64,000 nucleotides of DNA from the human T2T-CHM13v2.0 reference genome, Homo sapiens. The notes under the pieces are model-generated. The model did no database searches and was not told the DNA's origin. It worked only from the letters and a program-made list of their open reading frames with translations. Position 1 is the first letter of the stretch. Each line of letters begins with the position of its first letter. Shown here piece after piece: positions 1-10,276 of the stretch. Made by a program: the position numbers and the translations under genes. The DNA is taken from assembly GCF_009914755.1 (NCBI RefSeq), contig NC_060934.1; one strand, 5' to 3'.

Positions 1-109
1 CCATGTTCCTTAACATGGGCCATGGCCCCTGGGGACCCATGGAAGGCTCCTACCTCCCTCCAGTCAGACAAGCTGTGTAGATGCACCTATATTTATTAAG
101 CTCGTTTTC

Positions 110-350
110 TATGACAGATCACCAATGGCTACTGAGCTTACAGCTCCTCCCATGGAGTGCTGGAATCTCTCTCAACCCCCTAGGATCTGGGCTGGCCTGT
201 GACTTGCTTTGGCTTATGGGATAGTAGCAAAAGTGGCACAAGCACCGACTCTCTTCCTCACTCGCTTTCCCCATTGCTGCTCTTAGAGCCCTCCTGCCAT
301 GCAATTAAGTCTAGGGAAACTTCTGGACAATGAAAGACAGGAAGCCCGGC
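110..350 (+). mobile_element. Old MaLR LTR fragment (MLT1G/H-like)
   Basis: 'ggatctgggctggcctgtgacttgctttgg...gatagtagcaaaagtg' resembles the MLT1 5' region; degraded, boundaries approximate. Confidence 0.55.
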
Positions 351-779
351 CCCCTCCTCTTCTTCTTTCTCAGCCCTTCAAATGTACTTTCAACATCCCT
401 ATCAATCCACCAGTATGACTCAGGGGTTATGTTTTTGGTTTTGGTAGAATGGAAATGACTTCCCCATGTAACAACTTAGGGTGTGTCTGTTATCCCCACC
501 AGACTACATACTAGATCCTCAAAGTATGGAATATGTTCATTTGTCTCTGTAGCTCATGCTTACAGCAAAGGAGCTGACACGCAGTAGGTCTTCAATATAC
601 ATTTGTGGAACGAAGACAGGATGGAGGGAGGAAGGGAAGGTGTGAGGAGGGAAGGTCCCCACCGGGACCCACACACAACATTTTTAATGTAATAACTACA
701 TAAACAGTGTTGTCAGGACTTCTTTAACACAACTTCATAAAATCTCAGATTGGGAAGAGACCTTGATATTCATAGCTGC

Positions 780-950
780 TTTTTCACAATGACTTTTCTT
801 TGCCTGACTCTCGACGGTATTGTGAAGCAGTCATACAAGGTCATTTTCATTCTTATCTCACAGTGAGGAGAATAGGGCAAAGGACTTAAATGACTTGCCC
901 AGCATCGTGACACTGTTGTGTGTGGACGGCAGAACTCAAGCCAGGATTTC
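780..950 (-). mobile_element. MIR SINE fragment
   Basis: MIR core in reverse: 'tcttatctcacagtgaggagaatagggcaaaggacttaaatgacttgcccagcatc'. Confidence 0.6.
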
Positions 951-1134
951 AAACTTCAAACATCCCCTACCATCCTACCTGGGGGTCCTCAGGGTCAGTG
1001 CTTCCTATGTGCCAGTTATTGGAGTGACACCTTCAAAAGTTTTGCCATTTCCACATACCACTTGCCACTGTCATTTTACTTACTTTATTTTCTTTACACA
1101 GATGCATTTTAATTTTGGTGTATTTATTAGATTT

Positions 1135-3300
1135 TAGTTAAGCTTTTTTATTTTGAGATAGCTGCAGTTTCACATGCAGTTGTAAGAAATAATACCTAGA
1201 GATCCTTGTACCCCAGTTCCCCAATGGTAACAACTTACCAAACTATAGTACTATTAGCACTAGGATATTGACATTGATACAGCCAAGATACATAACATTC
1301 CATCACCACAAAGTTTTTCCTATTGTCCTTTTGTGGCCACACCCACTTCCCTACCACTCCCAGACCCCCCTTATCCTTGGCAACACTAATTTGCTCCCCA
1401 TTTCTGTAAGTTTGTCATTTAAAGAATGTCACATAAATAAAATCTTTTGGTATGTCTAATAACCTTTTGAGATTGGCTTTCTTCATTCATCATCACTCTC
1501 TGGAGATTCATCCAGATTGTCGCATGTTAGACATAAAAGTTAAATAAACTTCCTTTTCATTACTAAGTGGTATTTGGTGATGGTATTCCATTGTCTACCT
1601 ATTCACCATTGAAAGACATCTGGGTTGCTTCCAGTTTTTGGCTATTAAGAATAAAGCTATTATACACATTTGTGTCCAAGATTTTGTATCGATTTGCTTC
1701 CTTTTATCTGAGAAAAATGTCCAGGACTGCAATTGGTTGCACGGTAGTTGGATGTTTAGTTTTTGTAAAAAAAAATTGACAAACACTTTTCAAGAGTGGT
1801 GGTAGTGTTTTATACTTCCATCAGCAATGTGTGAGTGACCCCGTTTCACCAGATGCTTGCCAGCATTTGTATGGTCACTATTTTTTTTTTTTTGGCCATT
1901 TTGGATAGGTGTGTAATGATATACCATGGTGGTTTTCATTTGCATTTCCCTAATGGCTAATAACCTTGAACATCTCTTGATGTGCTTATTTGATAAATGT
2001 ATATCTTCCTCAGTAAAATATCTCATGACTTTTTCCCATTTTCTGATTTGATTGAATTTTTTACTATTGAATTTTAAGACTTTCTTACATATTCTAGATA
2101 CTATGATGTTGTCATACGTGATGTTTGCAAACATTTTCTTTCAGTCTGTGGCTTTTAAAAAAGTTATCAATAGGCTTTTTGTAGAGCAAAAGTTTTTATA
2201 TTTAAGAAGTCCAATTTATCAATTTTTCAATTTATGGGTTGTGCTTTTGGTATCAAGTCTAAGAATCTTTTATCTCATCCCATATCCTGATGATTTCCTT
2301 CTATTTTCTTTTAAGTCTTATAGTTTCATGTTTTATATTTAAGTCCATTATTTATTTATTTATTTTTATTTTTTTAGAGGGAGTCTCGCTCTGTCGCCCA
2401 TGCTGGAGTGCAGAGCCGTGATTTAGGTTCACTTCAACCTCCACGTCCCGGGTTCAAGTGATGCTCACCTCAGCCTCTTGAGTAGCTGGGATTACAGGCA
2501 CGTGCCACCATGCCCACCTAATTTTTGTATTTTAGTAGAGACGGGGTTTCACCATGTTGGCCAGGCTGGTCTCGAACTCCTGACCTTAGGTGATCTACCC
2601 GCCTCAGCCTCCCAAAGTGCTGGGATTACAGGCGTGAGCCACTGTGCCTGGCCCATGATGTATTTTGAGTTAATTTTTGCAAAGGGTGTAAGACTTAGGT
2701 TGAGGGTTTTTGGCTTTTTTTTTTTTTTTTTTGCCTATGAATATCTAATTACTTTAGCACCATTTATTTAAAAGGCTCTTTTCTGCAATGAATTACTTCC
2801 ACATTTCTGTCAAAGATTAGATAAGCATATTTTTCTGGATCTGTTTCTTGGTTATTTATCCTATTGTATTGATCTATCTATGTGTCTAGCCTTCCACCAA
2901 TACCACACAACCTCAGTTACTATAGGTATACAATAAGTTTTGAAATCAGATAGACTGATTCTTCTCACTTGATTGTTCTTTAAATTTTTTGATTTAGTTA
3001 TTCAAGTTTTTGTGCCTTTTCATTTAAATTTTAGAATAATTTTCCCCTGCCAAAAAAATATAAATCTTGCTAAGGTTTTGATAGAATTGCATCAAACCTG
3101 TGTGTCAATTTGGGGAGAACTGACATCTTCAGTTCACTGCATCTTCCAGCCTATGGTATGTCTTTCCATTTGCTTAGATCTTGTTTGATTTCTTTAATCA
3201 GTATTTGTAATTTTCAGCATGCAAGTCCTATGCATATTTTGTTAGATTCACATCTAAGTATCTTATTTTTGAGCAATTATAAATGGTATTGTATTTGATA
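1135..3300 (-). mobile_element. Old LINE-1 (L1MC1/2-like) 3' UTR and ORF2 3' part, interrupted by an Alu
   Basis: Starts with 'ttttattttgagatagctgcagtttcacatgcagttgtaagaaataatac'; minus ORFs 1595-1786 and 1790-2134 translate to decayed ORF2 C-terminus (FTEEDIHLSNKHIKRCSRLLAIREMQMKTTM; IIALFLIAKNWKQPRC). Confidence 0.85.
2348..2653 (-). mobile_element. AluS (Sx-like) inserted in L1
   Basis: Full dimeric Alu in reverse with (TTTA)n tail; 'ctcctgaccttaggtgatc'. Confidence 0.93.
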
Positions 3301-3564
3301 TATTTGTTTAAAATAAAACTTTGTTGTTCCATAAATGAAAAACAGTTATCACTTCTCATAAAATAGGGAATAACTACAAAATCTATATAATTTAACTGAA
3401 AGAAAACACACTTTTTAAAAAAATGGTCTGTGTGCTTTATAAAATCAGCGCATGGACCACCAATCGTGTATGTGCCACACTTTGGAACGCAATCAAGCCT
3501 CCAGTGGTTCATGACTCACCACACCAATAAGACATTCCTAGAATATAGCTGTGGGTGCCTTACA

Positions 3565-3720
3565 TAAAAACCCTCAGGGCTGGGAAACTCAACACCTCGG
3601 CAGCTCATTCTATAGTCAGACAGTTCTGATTGTTGAGAACTCCTTTCTTTGGTTGAGCTGAAACCTATAGTCCTGTGATTCCCGCTGGTTCCAAGTTCTG
3701 GGGTAGAGGGCCAGATGGTG
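3565..3720 (-). mobile_element. L3/CR1 3'-end fragment
   Basis: 'gggaaactcaacacctcggcagctcattctatagtcagacagttctgattgttgagaactcctttctttggttgagctgaaa' resembles the reversed CR1/L3 3' end. Confidence 0.55.
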
Positions 3721-5099
3721 CTGGTGCCTTCAATGTGCCTCCAACTATGACTTGGACAGTGTGCTCTCCTTGCCTGCAGGACGCCACTTTCAGGAACTGG
3801 GCAGTATTCGTAAGCCCTGGAGTCTTACTAACTGGCTTCAGATGTCTTGTCTACCGTCAGTGCCCCAGCAGCCCTTCAACTGGCTGGGAGGTGACCACGA
3901 CATCAGCCTTCAGTTGTCCCTCTGTCCCACCATGCTGCCCAGATCTGGTAGACCTCAGGCATGTTTATTTTTGCAGCCCAGGTATCCTCTCAGGACATGA
4001 TGGAGGAAATAAATCAGTTTGTTATTCATTCAACCCACCCTCAAGTGAGCAGGGGACTCTTCCAGAATCTGGGGACAGCTTGAGGCATAAAGTGCAGCCC
4101 CCACCCTGCAGGACTCAGAAACACGTGTTGGTGACAATCACGCACTCATGAATCACCAAGGCTAACATGAACTCTACGCAAAGAGCTGCAGGCAACCAGA
4201 AGAGGCAGCAGCCACGTTTCCCTGCAGTGCAGGGGACATCCAAGAGTGCTTGATCTTTACAAGGACCTAAAAGGTAGAGACATTTATTCCCATTCTATAG
4301 TTAGAAGACTGAGACTTATACATAGTTTTCCAAGATCTCAAAGTCAGTAAATGACAGAAACAGTTTTGGCTTTCAAAGTCCTAGCCCCTTTTTCTTATTA
4401 AGCAAATGGAAGGCTCTCAGTACTTGTTGAATGAATGAAAAGAGGTATAAATGAATTCTACACTGTCTGCCAAGAAGTTTCCTCAGAGGCAAGAAAGAGC
4501 AATTGTGCTCATGCATCCTTCCGTGGGGCTCTGCAGTACTCCTTCCCGGCTTGCCCTGGGAACCCCAGAAGAACACCTGTACCCACAGCCTTGGAGGAGC
4601 CCCTCCCTCTGTGGGAGGCCTGGAGCCTCTTGGCATTACCGGGCTGGGCTGTTGATTTTGTTCAGTCACACTCACCCAGGGAATGACTTTGATAGACAGT
4701 TTTGTCTGAACCTGGTCCTCGGAGGCTGGGGGTTAGTAGGAAGTATGTAAGAAAGCCTGGGGCAGGGGGAAGAGCAGCCCCAGAGTTCACAGCACGACAT
4801 CTGCTGCCCAGAGAGGTGAAGTACTTTGTGCAAGATACACGTCTATCATACAAGGAGCCAAGATTTGGACCTGAGGTTTTCCTGGGCCCTTCCCACATGC
4901 CCCCGGCCTCTGCAGAGATTCAGAGGAACGAATGGGAAGGAGCAGCCAACCCGACTGCAGCGTGATCACGAGAAGGAGGGCTCTGCTGTGCCCTGTGAGG
5001 CCACCCTAGGGCCCCTGGGGCAGAGAGCTCGCGTGTGTCTCTGACTTGCCTGATGGTCACTGCCAGGCTGCCTTGCCTGCCTTCAGAGCTCTAGACAGA

Positions 5100-5360
5100 G
5101 GCCCCTTTAAACTTCCTCCTCGGCCGGGCCAAGACGCTGCAACAGCTCAGCGCGGCTCCCAGCGAACCCCGAGTGAACCCTCGGGGCTTTATTTTCATTT
5201 CTTCTTGGCAGGACGTAACTTCCTGCTTCTAAGAAAAACATCTTTAAACAGAGCCACGAACGGTTCCAGGGTGTCCCGCACATCCCCCGCTAGACGGAAC
5301 AATAGCGCAATGAGCTGCGTGGAGTGGATTGGAAGCACATGGAGCCTGTTTCCTTTCAAA
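5100..5360. promoter_or_regulatory. CpG-retaining unique patch, candidate regulatory element
   Basis: About 16 CpG in ~200 bp in a CpG-depleted background; ACTTCCTG (ETS-like) at 5218 and GAACAATAG (SOX-like) at 5297. Confidence 0.4.
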
Positions 5361-6049
5361 ATCCCCCAGGGGCTCAGCCTGGAGGAGCCAGGGTGTTTGA
5401 TAAATCATGCTGGAACTTTTATCAGGTCCAGTGTGTGTGAGCAAAAGCCAGAAGGGGAGGGAGGGGGTCCCCTAGGGCCCCCAGAATCCGGGCCAACTGG
5501 AGGCCTAGACAAGAGGAGGGATCTGAGTCTTGAGCACCTACTGCATGCGCCTGAGGTGCTGACTCATCCAGGGCCAGCGGGAGAAGTGCCCCAGGACCTG
5601 CCCTGAGCCCTGTGGAGGCAGAGACACAGCTGTCATAGACCAGGCGCCACTGGGGAATGTGGTAACCAGGAGGAAGGGTCACTGGGTAAGGGGGCTTCAC
5701 TGTTACCTGTGCACTCTCCTAGTACGTGCCTCTTCAGACCAAGCAGAGGGGAATTTGTGCAAGCCCAGGAGGAGCCTTCTGGATTCTTTTCCTTTCTTTT
5801 CCTGCAGTACCGGTATATCAGGGCCTGGCCTCAGCCCAAAGCGTCAGGGAGCTCAGAGCGAAGTCTGGCCTTGGGTCCTGGGGAAAACATGGAGGCATGG
5901 AGTAGGGCGGGAAGGGGCAGTGAGGAGCCGAGGAAGGAGGCTCTGGGAGTCTTAGGGGTCTTGGCAGCATGGAAGTGAGAGGTGAAGCCAGCTGGTCTTC
6001 TGGGTCGGGTGGGGACTTGGAGAACTTTTCTGTCTTGCTAAAGGATTAT

Positions 6050-6215
6050 AAACACACCAATCAGTGCTCTGTGTCTAGCTTAAGTTTTGTAAATGCACCA
6101 ATCGGCACTCTGTAAAAATGGACAAATCAGCACTCTGTAAAATGGACCAATCAGCACTCTGTAAAAATGGACCAATCAGCAGGATATGGGCGGGGCCAAA
6201 TAAGGGAATAAAAGC
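6050..6215 (+). promoter_or_regulatory. LTR12 U3 promoter: tandem NF-Y CCAAT boxes, GC box and TATA-like AATAAAA
   Basis: Four intact CCAATC motifs plus one decayed (gacaaatcag), then GGGCGGGG and ggaataaaag; known ERV9 LTR architecture. Confidence 0.7.
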
Positions 6216-6466
6216 TGGCCACCGGCCCAACTGCAGCAACCCTGTAGGGTCTGTTTCGAGTTTGTGGAAGCTGTGTTCTTTTGGTCTTCACAATAAATCT
6301 TGATTCTGCTTAGTGTTGGGAACTGTGCTATGTTTGTGAGCTGTAATACTGCCAAGGTGTGCAGCTTCACTCATGAAGCCACAGAGACCATGAACCCATC
6401 AAGACCACGATCCTACCGGGAGGAATGAATAACTCCAGACACGCCACCTTTAAGAGCTGTAACACT

Positions 6467-6764
6467 GGCCGGGTGTGGTGGCTCACGCCTGTAATCCCTG
6501 CATTTTGGGGGGGCTGAGGTGGGCGGATCACAAGTTCAGGAGATCCAGACCATCCTGGCCAACATGGTGAAATCGTGTCTCTGCTAAAAATAAGAAAAAT
6601 TAGCCAGGAGTGGTGGCAGGCGCCTGTAGTCCCAGCTACTCGGAGGCTGAGGCAGTAGAATGGCATGAACCCGGGAGGTGGAGCTTGCAGTGAGCTGGGA
6701 TTGCATCACTGCACTCCAGCCTGGGTGACAGAGCGAGGCTCTGTCTCAAAAAAAAAAAAAAAAA
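6467..6764 (+). mobile_element. AluY inserted in LTR12
   Basis: AluY-like diagnostics (ccatcctggc, tgtagtcccagc, gaatggcatgaacc, gcttgcagtgag); A tail; TSD agctgtaacact at 6455-6466 and 6765-6776. Confidence 0.93.
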
Positions 6765-7299
6765 AGCTGTAACACTCACGGCAACGGTCTGTGCCTTCAC
6801 TCCTGAAGTAAGCAAGACCACGAACCCACCAGAAGGAAGAAACTCTGGACACATCTGAACATCTTAAGGAACAAATTCTGGACACCATCTTTAAGAACTA
6901 TAACAGTCACTATGAGGGTCTGCCTGTTCATTCTTGAAGTCAGTGAGACTAAAATCAACTGGAAGGAACCAATTCTGGACACAGAAGCATTACTTTCTCT
7001 GAAGGAAGCCCATGCTTCTGCCCCTGGGCATCTGAGCCAGCTCAAAGCATGTTTGGCTTGGAGGAAACCTCACCAGGAAGGACAGCGCAGCTCTATTAAG
7101 CTGTGGTGGGGATGAACAACTGGCCTGTGAACTGTCATGCCTGGATTTTGGTCACATATAGTTAGTTACCAGGTTTGTAACTTAGCTTTAGTCTTATAAA
7201 CAAACATTGTTTACAATATATAACATTCGTTGCATTATTAATTTCCTTGCAGTCTCTAGAAAGCAATATTGCTCCTAAGAATTTTACAGTGGTTCTTCT

Positions 7300-7460
7300 G
7301 TAACAGGAAAGGGTGCTGAGAGCAATGGACTTTGGGATCAGAGAGCAATGGTTTCAGTGGCACCTTCTTGACTTATTTTCAGTCTCAGTTTTCTTACCTG
7401 TGAAGTAGAAACAAGGACACCTACCTTAAGGATTTGGTGTGAGGGTTAGTTATTTATGGG
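7300..7460 (+). mobile_element. MIR fragment
   Basis: 'agtctcagttttcttacctgtgaagtagaaacaaggacacctaccttaaggatttggtgtgagggtt' MIR core. Confidence 0.6.
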
Positions 7461-7621
7461 TCCTTATTACAATAAGGTGAAGGTGACTTATAGATACATA
7501 AAATAGAATAAAGTGGCAGAAGAATAAAAGAAGGAAGGTAAGTATAAGAGAAAACAGAAAATGTATTCAGTAATAACTAAAAACCACGTACCATAATTTT
7601 CATTTTCTGAGGGTAAAGAAC

Positions 7622-7916
7622 TTTTTTTTTTTTTGAGATGAAGTGTTGCTCTGCTGCCCAGGCTAGAGTGCCGGTGGCACCATCTCGGCTCACTGCAACC
7701 TCTGCTTCCCAGGTTCAAGCAATTCTCTGCCTCAGCCTCCCGAGTACCTGGGATTACAGGCACCCGACACCACACCTGGCTAATATTTTTGTATTTTTAG
7801 TAGAGGCAGGGTTTCAACATCTTGGCCAGGCTGGTCTTGAACTGCTGACTTTATGATCCACCTGCTTTGGACTCCCAAAGTGCTGGGATTACAGGCGTAA
7901 GCCACTGCACCCAGCC
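7622..7916 (-). mobile_element. AluS
   Basis: Full reverse Alu with poly-T; flanks share agaac(a)ttttt (decayed TSD). Confidence 0.93.
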
Positions 7917-8074
7917 AGAACATTTTTATCTCTAAGGATTCTTACCCGCATGAGAACGGGACTCTGCATGCTCTGCGGTTCATGGAGGGCATAGGATGAA
8001 GCAGACCAGGTCCCCACAAGAATCTCAACTGTTCTTGGTACCAGGATGAGGTGGAAAATAAGCCTTGTAGTCTT

Positions 8075-8741
8075 ATTTTTTAAATTTTATTCATTTAATT
8101 ATAAATTGACAAATTACATTTGTATATACTTATGGAGTACAAAGTGATGTTATGATTTATAAATACTGTTGACTGTTGAACAACGTGGGTTTGAACTGCA
8201 TGGGTCCACTTATATGCAAATTTCCTTCTGTCTCTGCCACTTTGAGAAAGTATAGCCAACCCTTCCCCTTCCTTCTCCTCAACCTACTCAACATGAAGAT
8301 GACAAGGATGAAGACCTTTCTGATGACCCACTTCCATTTAATGAATAGTAAATATATTTTCTCTTCCATATGATTTTCTTTATAACATTTTCTTTTCTCT
8401 AATTTAGTCTAAGGATGCAGTACATGATACATAAAACACAAAGTATGTGTTAATCAATTGTTTATGATATCAGTAAAGCTTCAGATCAGGAGTAGGCTAT
8501 TAGTAGTTAAATTTTGGGGGGGGTCAAAAATTATACACAGAATTTCCACTGCCTGGGGGTTTGTACCCCTAACCCCCATGTTGTTCAAGTCTCAACTGTA
8601 CAATGTAAAATAATTAAATCAAGCTAATTACTGTATCCATCACCTCAACCATCATTTTTGTGGTGAGCATAGTAAACATAATAAATAATAATGTATTACA
8701 CATTTCAAATTCACCAAGAGTAAATTTCAAATGTTTTCACC
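8075..8741 (-). mobile_element. L1MA (MA9/10-like) 3' end with inverted 5' segment, split by Tigger2a
   Basis: Reverse L1MA 3'UTR at 8075-8165 and 8599-8667; adjacent upstream segment in forward orientation at 8668-8741; decayed TSD ccttgtagtctt / cctggtggtctt. Confidence 0.7.
8166..8598 (+). mobile_element. Tigger2a (MER28-like) non-autonomous TcMar-Tigger DNA transposon
   Basis: TIRs ctgttgactgttgaacaac / ttgttcaagtctcaactg; TA TSD on both sides (8164-8165, 8599-8600); 433 bp. Confidence 0.88.
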
Positions 8742-9203
8742 TGGTGGTCTTTGTACAGAGATTGTGATGTAAGATTATGAATGAAGTCCCAGGGTAATTC
8801 TATCAATTTCTTCCATAAGGTAATCTCTCAGCTTGGAAAAACAGCATCAAGCAACTAGTGAAAGTGATTCTCTGTGCACTCCAGGTCCCCGACTGCTTGC
8901 TGAACTGACTTGATATAGATGTTGGTTTCACAATACTGGGAAGTGTGAAATAGCTGATGAACTTTAAAGAAATCATCCCTATCACATGTCAACAAATTGA
9001 AGGCTGTCCTCTCCAACAGCTACAGGATGGGCAGCTGTTCTCTGTTGCTGATTAAATGCAGATCCATAAGCTTTGGCAAGAAGTTGAGTGGAGGAAGTGT
9101 TGATTGCCTCCTGAGGAAACCAAGATGCCTAACAATGACTTAGGCCTGAGTCCTTGCTCAGGGCTGTGTGTGTTTATGTGTTCCACAATCATCTGTAGAA
9201 AAT

Positions 9204-10276
9204 TATTGGGGGAAATTCTCCCCCGATATTTCACTTAGGTTCTTTTCTGTTTTCCCTAAGTGTCAGCTGGTCTGAGAAATAAAGGGACAGAGTACAAAAG
9301 AGAGAAATTTTAAAGCTGGTTGTCCGGGGGAGACATCACATGTCGGCAGGTTCTGTGATGCCCCCTGAGCCATAAAACCAGCAAGTTTTTATTATTGATT
9401 TTCCAAAGGGGAAGGAGTGTACCAATAGGGTGTGGTTCACAGAGATCATGTGCTTCACAAGGTAATAGAATATCACAAGGCAAATGGAGGCAGGGTGAGC
9501 TCACAGGACCACAGGACCAGGGCGAAATTAAAATTGCCAGTGAAGTTTTGGGCACGCATTGTCATTGATAACATCTTATCAGGAGACAGGGTTTGAGAGC
9601 AGACAACCAGTCTGACCAAAATTTATTAGGCGGGAATTTCCTCATCCTAATAAGGCTGGGAGCACTACTGAGACCCGGGCTTATTTCATCCCCTATCTAC
9701 AACCGTAAAAGACAGCTGTCCCCAGAGCGGCCATTTGAGAGGCCTCCCCTTAGGGACGCATTCTCTTTCTCAGGGATGTTCCTTGCTGAGAAAAAGAATT
9801 CAATGATATTTCTCCTATTTGCTTTTGAAAGAAGAGAAATATGGCTCTGTTCTGCCTGGCTCACAGGCAGCCAAAGTTTAAGGTTATCTCCCTTGTTCCC
9901 TGAACATTGCTGTTATCCTGGTCTTTTTTCAAGGTGCCCAGATTTCATATTGTTCAAACACACATGCTCTACAAACAATTTGTGCAGTTAACGCAATCTT
10001 CACAGGGTCCTGAGGTGACATACATCCTCCTCAGGGATTAAGAGATTAAAGTAAAGGCAGGCATAAGAAATCACAAGGGTATTGATTGGGGTAGTGATAA
10101 GTGTCCATGAAATCTTCACAATTTATATTCAGAGATTGCAGTAAAGACCGGCTTAAGAAATTATAAAAGTATTAATTTGAGGAACTATTAAATGTCCATG
10201 AAATCTTCACAATTTATGTTCTTCTGCTGTGGCTTCATCCAGTCCCTCCGTTCAGGCTCCCTAACTTCCCACAGCA
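9204..10276 (-). mobile_element. Solo MER11 LTR (HERV-K11/HML-8), MER11B/C-like
   Basis: Reverse strand begins tgctgtgggaagttagggag...aagaacataaattgtgaagatttcatggaca, with the internal duplicated block; perfect 6-bp TSD GAAAAT at 9198-9203 and 10277-10282. Confidence 0.93.

Larger units (their letters stand above)
5976..6983 (+). mobile_element. Solo LTR12-family (ERV9/HERV9) LTR, LTR12F-like, containing an AluY
   Basis: TG...CA termini (tgagaggtgaagccagctgg...ttctggacaca); 4-bp TSD GAAG at 5972-5975 and 6984-6987; tandem CCAATCAG repeats. Confidence 0.93.

Noticed and set aside
5046-5606. 186-aa ORF over the CpG patch
   Set aside because: Non-ATG start, no recognisable domain; length compatible with chance in GC-rich DNA.
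10060-10220. ~90-bp direct repeat (gtccatgaaatcttcacaatttat twice)
   Set aside because: Part of the normal MER11 LTR structure.
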